Made by a program: the position numbers and the translations under genes. A DNA stretch of 64,000 nucleotides from assembly GCA_009924895.1 (NCBI GenBank), contig RFQR01000006.1, forward strand, positions 1,800 through 65,799. Reading direction: 5' to 3'. The notes under the pieces were generated by a model. It was not told where the DNA came from. It searched no databases and saw only the letters and a program-made list of their open reading frames with translations. Shown piece after piece: positions 9,101 to 16,537 of this stretch (position 1 is the stretch's first letter; each line of letters opens with the position of its first letter). The stretch is from a bacterium (GTDB taxonomy: Bacteria > Patescibacteriota > Minisyncoccia > Phycocordibacterales > UBA2100).

Positions 9101-9634
9101 AGCAATATGGTAGCGTTTGATACGGATTTGAAGATTGTCAAATACGGCTGTGTGGGAGATATATTGGAGGCGTATTATGGACCGCGTTTAACCGCCTATG
9201 AGCGCAGAAGAGCGGCAGAGATTGCGCGATTAGAACGGGACGCCATTGAAGCAGATGCAAAAGCTCGTTTCTTGCAGGCTGTGTTGGATGGGACTATTGA
9301 TATGAGGCGGGCGTCCGATGAGGATATTGTGGCGGCCATGATTGCTCACGAGCTACCTGCCTTGTCGAGTGAGAATGTGACAAGCATCGAGTCGTATGAA
9401 TATCTCTTACGACTCCGTATGGACCGTGTGAAGGCGTCGGCAGTAGAAGATCATAAAAAGGCTGTTGTGACGGCGAAGGCTGCGTTAGTAGAACTGGAGG
9501 GAACCACTGCGAACGCTATGTGGCTCGCAGATTTGAATGACTTTGAGAGTGCGTGGAAAAAGATGCGCGCGGAGCGGGAGACTGCGCTAGAAGGAAAGGG
9601 GAAGGCTGTGAAGCCAAAAAATATGAAAAAGTAA
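6173..9634 (+). CDS. TOP2: DNA topoisomerase II (type IIA).
   Basis: 1153 aa. EHILELPDTYVGS, GKNGYGAKL, LILTEGDSA, VMVMADQDLDGSHIKGL, PLKGKMLNV and a full C-terminal GyrA-like part. Confidence 0.95.
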   Translation: MDAAAYKKHTHREHILELPDTYVGSTDTHLERRWVFDGKMTYREIAFNPGFYKLFDEIIVNARDALVRSAEPGRTPIKHIDVTLTGDSPVISVENDGDGIPVEMHPTEKVWAPELIFGHLLTSGNYKKEEEKIVGGKNGYGAKLTNIFSKRFTVETRSPKHGQKYSQTWTTNMSVAGKPSVKTDGAAKGFVRITYEPDLSRFPGLNLADMVSVLHTRVVELAAMAGKEVKVTYNGVAITSNTFEKFVKLFVKDDTVVAYERCGERWEVAAVMARQLFEEDSVPDEKHVSFVNGIHTKKGGKHVEKVVGTVIGDFCEHAAKKKVVVKPGQLKDTVIFFVNATIVNPAFDSQTKETLTTPATKFGSTFKSEKMVAQLVRLGLLDEAMSILDAKANKDVKKTDGSKKRVLRGMPKLVDALWAGTAKSTECTLILTEGDSAATSAITGLSVVGREKWGVFPLKGKMLNVRDVSADKFAKNEELTAIKKILGLEQSKVYKDLKSLRYGRVMVMADQDLDGSHIKGLLMNLFHAEWPALMQSGFICSLATPLLKATRRSETKSFYSAAEFEAWKAGGSTTGWTLKYYKGLGTSTDDEAKEWFEKLHEIKYTWDAETDESMSMAFSKKRADDRKKWLANYDPQRMLVVGSAGRVEYSRFIHDELIHFSNADNIRSLASIMDGLKPSQRKIVFGCLKRGLKAEVRVAQLAGYVSEHAAYHHGEASLTAAITSMAQQFVGANNINLLAPVGQFGSRLQGGKDAASARYIHTHLEGIVDTILRKEDTTILKQINDDGLLVEPETYFPVVPLLVINGCIGIGTGFSTDIPPHNPEEVVGLLRDRLEGRRQTLENLAMRPWWLGFKGAVQLVSDGVWQTRGLYTLDDEKRIVTITELPVGTWTADYKAFLDEMCVTGSITGTKMGSENGKADASKTEDGKPILKNFDDLYTHIDVKFVLELDPDYYDDIRANPAEFEKRFKLTSTWRTSNMVAFDTDLKIVKYGCVGDILEAYYGPRLTAYERRRAAEIARLERDAIEADAKARFLQAVLDGTIDMRRASDEDIVAAMIAHELPALSSENVTSIESYEYLLRLRMDRVKASAVEDHKKAVVTAKAALVELEGTTANAMWLADLNDFESAWKKMRAERETALEGKGKAVKPKNMKK

Positions 9635-9659
9635 GTATGGTCTAACATGTGCACAATCT

Positions 9660-9695
9660 TATATTAAGAATACTTATGGAAGTGTTCTTAATATA
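9660..9695. terminator. 14-bp stem hairpin (one U.G pair) between the convergent topoisomerase II and ankyrin genes.
   Basis: tatattaagaatac / gtgttcttaatata with an 8-nt loop, 26 nt after the TOP2 stop. Confidence 0.4.
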
Positions 9696-9773
9696 ACCCT
9701 GTCGTGACAAGTGCTGCGAATCTACCGCCGGGTCTTTCGATGCTTCTTTTTACGATTTACGCGCTTTGTTTTT

Positions 9774-10382
9774 CTATATCCACCCCCCTGCCCTTGGTGC
9801 AAGATGTTCTCCAAAAAGGGGTCCTCTCAATTTATCTTTTTGGCCTTTTAGGGTTCCATTTTCACCAGTTAGATACCCTGCAATCCTACCTAATACATCA
9901 GGATTCAACACGCCGGATGTTTTCGTGTTTAATTTTCCTAGCTCACCAAGATTCATCCATTTATCATACGCAGCTTCTTTCTTCTGTTCCTTCAACTTCT
10001 GCTCTAATACCTTTAGTATCTGTTCCTTATTTTTGAAATTTGGAATGGCGCTTAGCTTGTCTATATCCTTTTCTTTAATCAGGGCACCCCTACTAGACAG
10101 CTCTTCAACTATATTTAGGTGGCCCTTCTCACTCGCTGCCATCAAGGAAGTGAAGCCATTATCAGTCCTTGCAGCATTTACATTGGCCCCACGATCACAC
10201 AGCTCACGGACTATTGCCAGGTGGCCATTCTGACTCGCCATTATCAGGGAAGTGAAGCCATTATTCCTTGCAGCATTTACATTGGCCCCACGATCACACA
10301 GCTCACGGACTATTGCCAGGCGGCCCATATAACTCGCCGCCATCAGGGAAGTGTAGCCAGTATCAGTCATAGCAGCATTCAC
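9774..10382 (-). CDS. Ankyrin-repeat protein (intact 3' portion).
   Basis: GxTxLMxASxxGHLxIVRELCDRGANVNA units. Confidence 0.7.
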   Translation of the reverse strand: MNAAMTDTGYTSLMAASYMGRLAIVRELCDRGANVNAARNNGFTSLIMASQNGHLAIVRELCDRGANVNAARTDNGFTSLMAASEKGHLNIVEELSSRGALIKEKDIDKLSAIPNFKNKEQILKVLEQKLKEQKKEAAYDKWMNLGELGKLNTKTSGVLNPDVLGRIAGYLTGENGTLKGQKDKLRGPLFGEHLAPRAGGWI

Positions 10383-10530
10383 TTTGGCCCCACGATCACA
10401 CAGCTCACGGACTATTGCCAGGTGGCCCCTCTGCTCGCCGCCATCAGGGAAGTGTAGCCAGTATCATTCATAGCAGCATTCACGTTGGCCCCACGATCAC
10501 ACATCTCACGGACTATCTCCAGGTGGCCGT
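10125..10530. repeat. About 4.5 near-identical 99-bp tandem repeats, each encoding one 33-aa ankyrin repeat.
   Basis: cacgatcacacagctcacggactattgccaggtggcc recurs with 99-bp period. Confidence 0.85.
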
Positions 10531-10560
10531 TCCCACACGCTTCAAATAAAACCTCGTTAA
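10383..10560 (-). pseudogene. Frameshifted upstream continuation of the ankyrin gene.
   Basis: Ankyrin-coding repeats continue 5' of 10382, but one copy has gcgagcagaggg-gcc where the other copies have gcgagNNNNatgggccgc. This 1-nt loss gives TGG CAA TAG. No ATG precedes the region. Confidence 0.5.
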
Positions 10561-10648
10561 GCCTCGTTTGCTCTGCATTAGAAAGTCAAGGCATCTTTTT
10601 ATATTATATCTATAGACATTTTACCGCAGGGTCTTTCGATGCTTCTTT

Positions 10649-11674
10649 TCAGCATGTAAAAACTTTAATCAACCGATTCATTTTCGCAGTCTTCACTTTC
10701 TTCTTCTTCTTCACTTTGAATGAACGCACCCTAGTATCTAATGTATTCAATGCTGAACGGATAGCATCTTTTGATCCTCCTACTTGCAAGCCCGCCTGTG
10801 TTCCCACATGTACAAGAATCAAAGAAAGGTCATCGCCATCATACTCCTTCGGCGTGTTTGCAGAAGCCTTTACATGAGCTGTTATAACGGCCTTCGCTGT
10901 CGCAGATAAATCATACGAGTTTGCTATAAGCGCTTTATAAATATCTGCGGCCACCAAAGGCAGCGCCTTTAACACAGTAGTGTCCGTTTCCACCATTCCA
11001 TCCGACATAATCGCCAATAGGCCATTTGCTGGGCGCTCCATTACGAGAATATCTGGGTGGGCTGTGACTTTCATTTTGGTCCAATCCGACTCAAAAGGTG
11101 GATTTTTTAAATCGGGGAATTTGATTGTGAAATCTCCAAATGCCCGAGACACCATGAGACCCTCTACGCGAGGCACGCCCATATCATCGATTTCCACCTT
11201 GCCACCGGCGCGTTGAATTCGCGCAGACTCTTCGGCAAGAGTGGGTTCATGTTTCCCCATTTCCCCACCCGGAAGAATCAATCCCGTTATAGGATTCATA
11301 AGGAAACAAGGAGAATCTCCGATATAGGCTACAATGACGTGAGTCGGAGTAATAAGGGCTACGGTTGCGGTAGATCCAGAATCTCCCGTCTTTGTAATAT
11401 TTCTTGCAAGGTCCTTGTCGTGTTCAATAAAGATTGATTTCAAGATTGTTTTTAACTTTTCAATATTTGCCAAAACGCCCGGAGATTCTTTTAAAGCCGC
11501 TTGAATCCGTTGTGGAAGAACTTCTACGGTATATCGCGCAACTCCGGAACCCGAGTGACCATCAAACACTGCGAATAAATCACACTGTTCCATGAGATTC
11601 TTGAAGCACATCCGGTCTTCGGTAGAAGGAGGGTATCTCCCCCGACCGTTGAACTGTGCTGTTCCGTATAACAT
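10649..11674 (-). CDS. PP2C-family Ser/Thr protein phosphatase.
   Basis: FAVFDGHSGSG, VAYIGDSPC, RVEGLMVSRAFGD, LAIMSDGMVE (PP2C motifs 1, 2, 8, 11). Confidence 0.8.
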   Translation of the reverse strand: MLYGTAQFNGRGRYPPSTEDRMCFKNLMEQCDLFAVFDGHSGSGVARYTVEVLPQRIQAALKESPGVLANIEKLKTILKSIFIEHDKDLARNITKTGDSGSTATVALITPTHVIVAYIGDSPCFLMNPITGLILPGGEMGKHEPTLAEESARIQRAGGKVEIDDMGVPRVEGLMVSRAFGDFTIKFPDLKNPPFESDWTKMKVTAHPDILVMERPANGLLAIMSDGMVETDTTVLKALPLVAADIYKALIANSYDLSATAKAVITAHVKASANTPKEYDGDDLSLILVHVGTQAGLQVGGSKDAIRSALNTLDTRVRSFKVKKKKKVKTAKMNRLIKVFTC

Positions 11675-11712
11675 CCTATATAGGGCAGCGAGCTACGGAG
11701 AATGTGTACAGC

Positions 11713-11878
11713 CGCAGCTAAAGGCCTACCGGTCTGATATTGCAGCTAAAGGCCTAAGCCTTTACATGAAATATAAGACCTACCGGTCTGATATTGCAGC
11801 TAAAGGCCTAAGCCTTTACATGAAATATAAGACCTATCGGTCTTATATTGCAGCTAAAGGCCTAAGCCTTTACATGAA
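11713..11878. repeat. Intergenic tandem repeat, 54-bp unit x about 3.
   Basis: cctaccggtctgatattgcagctaaaggcctaagcctttacatgaaatataaga repeated. Confidence 0.85.
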
Positions 11879-12520
11879 TGGATTCAGCGGCAATGATTTT
11901 GTCCCGGCACGACTCAAATGTTGAGGTTGCGCAAGTGGAACTGGCATGTGGCTGATATCATTGAGGTAATAGTAATAGTGATCTACGGCCGAAAGAATAT
12001 GGGGCACAGACCAATCCACCACTTTCTTATTTAAATCATCCACCTGCGCTTTTATATCATTCGGCATATTCCGGGCATATTGGTAATATATTGCGCGCAT
12101 AATGATTTTCAATTCATCCGTAGATTGATCATCAATCACATACCCCTTCGATTGACTCCGGTCAAAGACGCCCTTTCGAATAAGTTGTTGCAGGCGTTTC
12201 ACGTTCTCTACGGAAAAGAAGGATGTGCTTATGGGCGTCACTTCCCAGTTTCCCCGGAGCATATCCGTCTGGAAATCGGCTTCCACCCCCGTTTCCGGTG
12301 AAAATCCGGGAAGACCGGCATTCCGATCTGAAAAGTCAGTTGCTCCAAACGCCACGCGTCCATTTTGCCCGGCAGGGGCGTTGGTTGTCATAGGTAACAC
12401 AAAGTCCGGCGGGGGAGTTCTAGTATCTGCCATCTTCTCTATTACCGCGGGATATGAAAACCAGAAGAATCTACCGGCAAGGAGTTCTGTTAAATTCTTT
12501 TCTAACTCCGGGATATACAA
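11870..12520 (-). CDS. Hypothetical protein.
   Basis: 216-aa ORF with no motif recognised. The start may be the internal Met at ~12433. Confidence 0.4.
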   Translation of the reverse strand: MYIPELEKNLTELLAGRFFWFSYPAVIEKMADTRTPPPDFVLPMTTNAPAGQNGRVAFGATDFSDRNAGLPGFSPETGVEADFQTDMLRGNWEVTPISTSFFSVENVKRLQQLIRKGVFDRSQSKGYVIDDQSTDELKIIMRAIYYQYARNMPNDIKAQVDDLNKKVVDWSVPHILSAVDHYYYYLNDISHMPVPLAQPQHLSRAGTKSLPLNPFM

Positions 12521-12931
12521 ATGACCTCTGTGACCAGCAATACCAAGGTGAATAGCGGCGATGTTGGGTATTTTATCAATGTGGGGAGCTTGTTAGGGCA
12601 GGTATACGGCTTGACCACTGTGAATGGCGGACCCTCCCTGTCCACGGCTACCTGGTCATACTGGCTCAGCAGCCCCCAGACTGTCTCCTCTTTGAAGACG
12701 GCTGGTCAGGCTATTCTGAAGGACATGGGCAAGACCGTGGTCTCTTCTTTGCGCACTTTCCGCAAGGTGCAGCTTGTGACTACGAATCTGGTTGGTGCTA
12801 ACTCCACTCTCAGCACCTTTGGTGTGGGTGGTCGCGCGGCCTCTGTGGGCGACGACTACTACACCGGCTACATTGAGCTGGGCTTCGAGGCCAACGGCAA
12901 CCCCGCCCCTGTCGCCCACTTCGGCCGATAA
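12521..12931 (+). CDS. Hypothetical Ser/Thr/Gly-rich protein.
   Basis: 136-aa ORF, divergent from the previous gene. Confidence 0.35.
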   Translation: MTSVTSNTKVNSGDVGYFINVGSLLGQVYGLTTVNGGPSLSTATWSYWLSSPQTVSSLKTAGQAILKDMGKTVVSSLRTFRKVQLVTTNLVGANSTLSTFGVGGRAASVGDDYYTGYIELGFEANGNPAPVAHFGR

Positions 12932-13024
12932 AAGGGCCGTTGAAGGAACTGACCCCATATCATTCTACAAACCACTATTCTTAGATGCGTTACGTCGCTA
13001 AGAATATCGGTCCTATCGATAGAG

Positions 13025-13510
13025 ATGGATTATTTGTTCTGGGCATATGTGTTCTTTTCCTGCATTCTTACATCCGGTGCAACTTATTATTATTACTCCA
13101 TTAAGCAACAGATTTCTTCCGGCGTCGTCTTTATAGGCTTCATTTTCATTTCCGTATTCTTCGGTCTTCGTTGGTTTTCGACATCAGGTCTGCAACTCAA
13201 ACCTCCCACTGGTGCATGGCCACCCCTTATAAACTACTGCCCCGACTTTTTGACACTCTATACGGTAAATAATGAATCCGTATGTATTGATACAGTCGGT
13301 GTAGCAGAAACAGGAGGAATGTCCAAATGGTCGGATCCAACTCAGCAAGATGAAAAATATCTGTTTCACCTCTTTACAAACTTAACAGGCTCCAGTAGGG
13401 TCAAGGCCCTCTGTCAACAGGCGAAAGATAAAAAGGTCACGTGGGAAGGTGTCTGGGATGGTAGCGTATGCTCGGAAACAGTTCCCCCCCTCCCTCGCGC
13501 AACCCCCTAA
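13025..13510 (+). CDS. Membrane protein with two N-terminal TM segments and a Cys-containing ectodomain.
   Basis: Hydrophobic segments at aa 5-25 and 35-55. Confidence 0.4.
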   Translation: MDYLFWAYVFFSCILTSGATYYYYSIKQQISSGVVFIGFIFISVFFGLRWFSTSGLQLKPPTGAWPPLINYCPDFLTLYTVNNESVCIDTVGVAETGGMSKWSDPTQQDEKYLFHLFTNLTGSSRVKALCQQAKDKKVTWEGVWDGSVCSETVPPLPRATP

Positions 13511-13517
13511 AGGATAT

Positions 13518-14687
13518 ATGTCATCACGTATAGTGAGGATGATACAGCAAAATACTGTATGCCTTCATCCATTCATTGAGAAACAACTTCATGAATGGTT
13601 GATAACACGCAAACAACCCGCCGTTCTTCTTCTTGGCGCCCCTGGTATTGGAAAAACAACTATTGCACACAGAGTCTTTCGCGCGGCGGGTCTAAAAACC
13701 GTCGAGTTTAATGCAAGCCATACGCGTTCTGGAACTTCCTTTCGAAAGACTATAGTGCCCCTATTACGGGAAGGGGGTATTGTTCAAATGATAGAATCCG
13801 GTAAAAAGGGGGGGATTGGTGTTTTATTAGACGAGATTGATGGACTCAGTAATGGTGAACGAGGAGGGCTCAATGAGTTACACGCATATTTAAAGTCAAA
13901 AGAAGTCAAGGAAGGTCGCCCCCTTATTCTCATTAGTAACTCTCTTGATACACGCACACTGCAACAAATTGCCAAAGTATGTTTAACTTTCAAAATAGAA
14001 CCTGTTGCAAAAAATACATTGCGTGAATGGCTCGGTAAGGACCCTCCTGACTCTTATAACGGGGATCTCCGTTCTCTCCAACGACAAATACAGGGTCTCG
14101 AGCTTTCTGAACAATCCTATAATATCCCAGAGGGAGTTATGCCCGTCGCGTGGTGGACATTGTGGGGGGATTGGGATCCTCTCCTCGAGTTTGATATAGA
14201 AAATAACGAAGGAAATCTTGCAAGCCTTATCAGCCTCGAAAATATTCCTGAACGCATTGAAGCATCAAAAGGGAATACGCCCGACGCATGGAATATGTAT
14301 TTGAGCCTTTTTCACGCATATAAAGTGTCCGACCAGGGCGATTTCTGGGCCTTTTTTTATCAGTGCTGGACGATTTTACCCCTATCTCTGAAACTGAAAC
14401 TAAAAATAATAAGCCTTCGTTTGGCACAAGAGGCTATTCTCCCTGAAGGTATTCCCCCCATCACCACCGATGATTTCCGCTATACTCCTGTTTTAACAAA
14501 ACAATCCGCCATGTTTAATGCATGGAAACTCTTATGCGAAGTAGCAGAAACACACAAAATCCCAGTTCGCCTTGCACCCATGTATGCATTCGCAGAGATT
14601 CAAAATGGCTCTCTGCGACCTGATAAAATACGGCGCTATGAGTCCATCAGCCTCGAACACCTCGAAAAGAAAATAAAGGGTCTCTAG
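13518..14687 (+). CDS. Replication factor C large-subunit-like AAA+ ATPase (clamp loader).
   Basis: LLLGAPGIGKTTIAHRV (Walker A) and VLLDEIDGLSNGERGG (RFC1 LIMDEVDGM..DRGG box). The start is taken at the first Met past the upstream gene. Confidence 0.6.
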   Translation: MSSRIVRMIQQNTVCLHPFIEKQLHEWLITRKQPAVLLLGAPGIGKTTIAHRVFRAAGLKTVEFNASHTRSGTSFRKTIVPLLREGGIVQMIESGKKGGIGVLLDEIDGLSNGERGGLNELHAYLKSKEVKEGRPLILISNSLDTRTLQQIAKVCLTFKIEPVAKNTLREWLGKDPPDSYNGDLRSLQRQIQGLELSEQSYNIPEGVMPVAWWTLWGDWDPLLEFDIENNEGNLASLISLENIPERIEASKGNTPDAWNMYLSLFHAYKVSDQGDFWAFFYQCWTILPLSLKLKLKIISLRLAQEAILPEGIPPITTDDFRYTPVLTKQSAMFNAWKLLCEVAETHKIPVRLAPMYAFAEIQNGSLRPDKIRRYESISLEHLEKKIKGL

Positions 14688-14698
14688 CCTCCGCGCAC

Positions 14699-16501
14699 CT
14701 AATATACTTTAGGTTTTGTGAACGATGCCACATCTGTATCTATATCATCTTCATTATACCATTTTATTTTTTTATCATTATCCGGATCCAAGACTAACAT
14801 CTTTTTCACGGAAACATATTTTGCATCCGCTTCTAACACTTTTGCAGGAGATGTCCCCTTTTTAATAAGAACAATGAAACGTTCCAGCTCAGGACTAATA
14901 TCCTTCACTTCATACCCTGTATCCGTGCTGCTGGATGATTCATAGCATGGGTATAATACACGCGACCCTTCTTCCGTTGTGCCACCATAAAAGTATCCTG
15001 CGTGAAGACCAAACTGAATAATGTCCTCCTTTTTTCTTGCTTGTGCAACTGCCCCACCCCTATCGGCTGTTGCGGGAATAGATGTCGTATACTTTCCTTT
15101 CTCATTCCGCTTCGGCTGCTTTGGATTATACTGTAAATAATAACAATACTCTAATGCCGCCTGTTTTGTATCAAAGATCCTATAACGGATTATTTTATGT
15201 TCGCGTTTCTCTGTATTTTGTATATTTGAAGGGTCAGCAAAGGTTGGCTTAGAACGAACTGTCCTTCCATTTTCTATCTGCAGATTTCTAGAACGATATT
15301 TCTGAATAGCATCGAAGTTGCCACCGGATTCAATCCATATAAGGTATTCATTTATCAGTTCCGTATCACAGAATATATGAGGCGCATCTATTCCAGAACG
15401 TTTATCATTCCCGCAAAGACGTCCAGCTAGGCCTTGTGCTGTAACATTTGTATCTTTATTCTTGACTATAGGGTCATGCACAATCCCTACAAATGTATCA
15501 ATAAGTCGCTTTCCCGCCCTCCAGAATTCTTTAATAAGAAGAAATGTATGTTGCTTAGGCTCGATTGTCATATGATAGTCAATATCACCCACGCGTTCGG
15601 ATGCAGAATGAAGCATAGATGTCCATCCCTCCTTTGCACATATTTTCTGAAATGTATTTTCAAACGTATTATTACGCGCTTTCGCGGGGAGGCGAATAAC
15701 ATGCCATAAAGGTTTTGTAAATGTATGTTTCACGAAAGAAACCATTAAATGAATGTCTTCTTCTTTTGTAAAGTCAAAAGATGTATGAAGGCGATTATCT
15801 TGCACCATACGTTTGAATCCAACATATCTATCCGAAGGATTTAGAATAACAACCGAATGATTCTCTACCCCCCATTTTTGTGTATCACGTAAAGTGGCGC
15901 CAGGAGTAGCACTCACTTCTAAAATCTTAATATTACGTTCACGTAGAACTTTTAAATCTAATAGACCAATATCCTTCAACATTTTAGATATTTGCTGATC
16001 TTTTCCAACAGCCACATGACATTCATCCATTATAATAAGTGAGTTGCGCGCATTAATAAGATTTGTATAAAATCCATCTTCGCGACCAGGCGTATTCAGT
16101 TTTCCACGATGATATACGCGCGATTGAAATGCTTCTAACATATCCTTTTTAGTCTGCTTTTGCCAATCTGTGTCACTCATACCTGTTATGATAAAGATGT
16201 TGCGTGGATCAATAATCTTATCATCGGATGGATGCACGCAGGCTCTATATGCAACTTCTAAGAAAGTGCCAGTCTTTCCTACCTGGGGTAGAGCAATAAG
16301 ACTCACCGCAACTACATTTTTTTCAAATAGTTCACGGATTATCATTTCCGCAGCTTCAGATTGATTTGGATATACCATTTCAGCATCATGACCCCTTAAT
16401 GATTTTATGGCATGCTGCTTCGCCAAATACGCATGATGCATAAACTCTCTTTGATGAAATAGCTGATTTTCTCGTGCAGCCATTCTATTGAAACTTAGCA
16501 T
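14699..16501 (-). CDS. D6/D11-family SF2 helicase, NPH-I (vaccinia D11L)-like.
   Basis: ALPQVGKTG (motif I), IIMDECH (motif II; D11L VIIDECHNF), LEVSATPG (motif III; D11L ICLSATP). ATG at 16501 lies 14 nt after a minus-strand AAAATTGA. Confidence 0.6.
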   Translation of the reverse strand: MLSFNRMAARENQLFHQREFMHHAYLAKQHAIKSLRGHDAEMVYPNQSEAAEMIIRELFEKNVVAVSLIALPQVGKTGTFLEVAYRACVHPSDDKIIDPRNIFIITGMSDTDWQKQTKKDMLEAFQSRVYHRGKLNTPGREDGFYTNLINARNSLIIMDECHVAVGKDQQISKMLKDIGLLDLKVLRERNIKILEVSATPGATLRDTQKWGVENHSVVILNPSDRYVGFKRMVQDNRLHTSFDFTKEEDIHLMVSFVKHTFTKPLWHVIRLPAKARNNTFENTFQKICAKEGWTSMLHSASERVGDIDYHMTIEPKQHTFLLIKEFWRAGKRLIDTFVGIVHDPIVKNKDTNVTAQGLAGRLCGNDKRSGIDAPHIFCDTELINEYLIWIESGGNFDAIQKYRSRNLQIENGRTVRSKPTFADPSNIQNTEKREHKIIRYRIFDTKQAALEYCYYLQYNPKQPKRNEKGKYTTSIPATADRGGAVAQARKKEDIIQFGLHAGYFYGGTTEEGSRVLYPCYESSSSTDTGYEVKDISPELERFIVLIKKGTSPAKVLEADAKYVSVKKMLVLDPDNDKKIKWYNEDDIDTDVASFTKPKVY

Positions 16502-16515
16502 ATTTAGTTTAAACC

Positions 16516-16523
16516 TCAATTTT
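16516..16523 (-). promoter_or_regulatory. AAAATTGA motif upstream of the NPH-I-like helicase.
   Basis: Exact octamer on the minus strand (tcaatttt on +). Confidence 0.4.
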
Positions 16524-16537
16524 AAATGCGCAGGCTG

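Noticed and set aside
10119-10457. + strand ORF with TITQLTDYCQVA repeats.
   Set aside because: It is the antisense reading of the 99-bp ankyrin-coding tandem repeats, not an independent gene.
11592-11924. 110-aa + strand ORF with YRSDIAAKGLSLYMKYKT x3.
   Set aside because: It is generated entirely by the intergenic 54-bp tandem repeat. It lies between two minus-strand genes with no promoter context.
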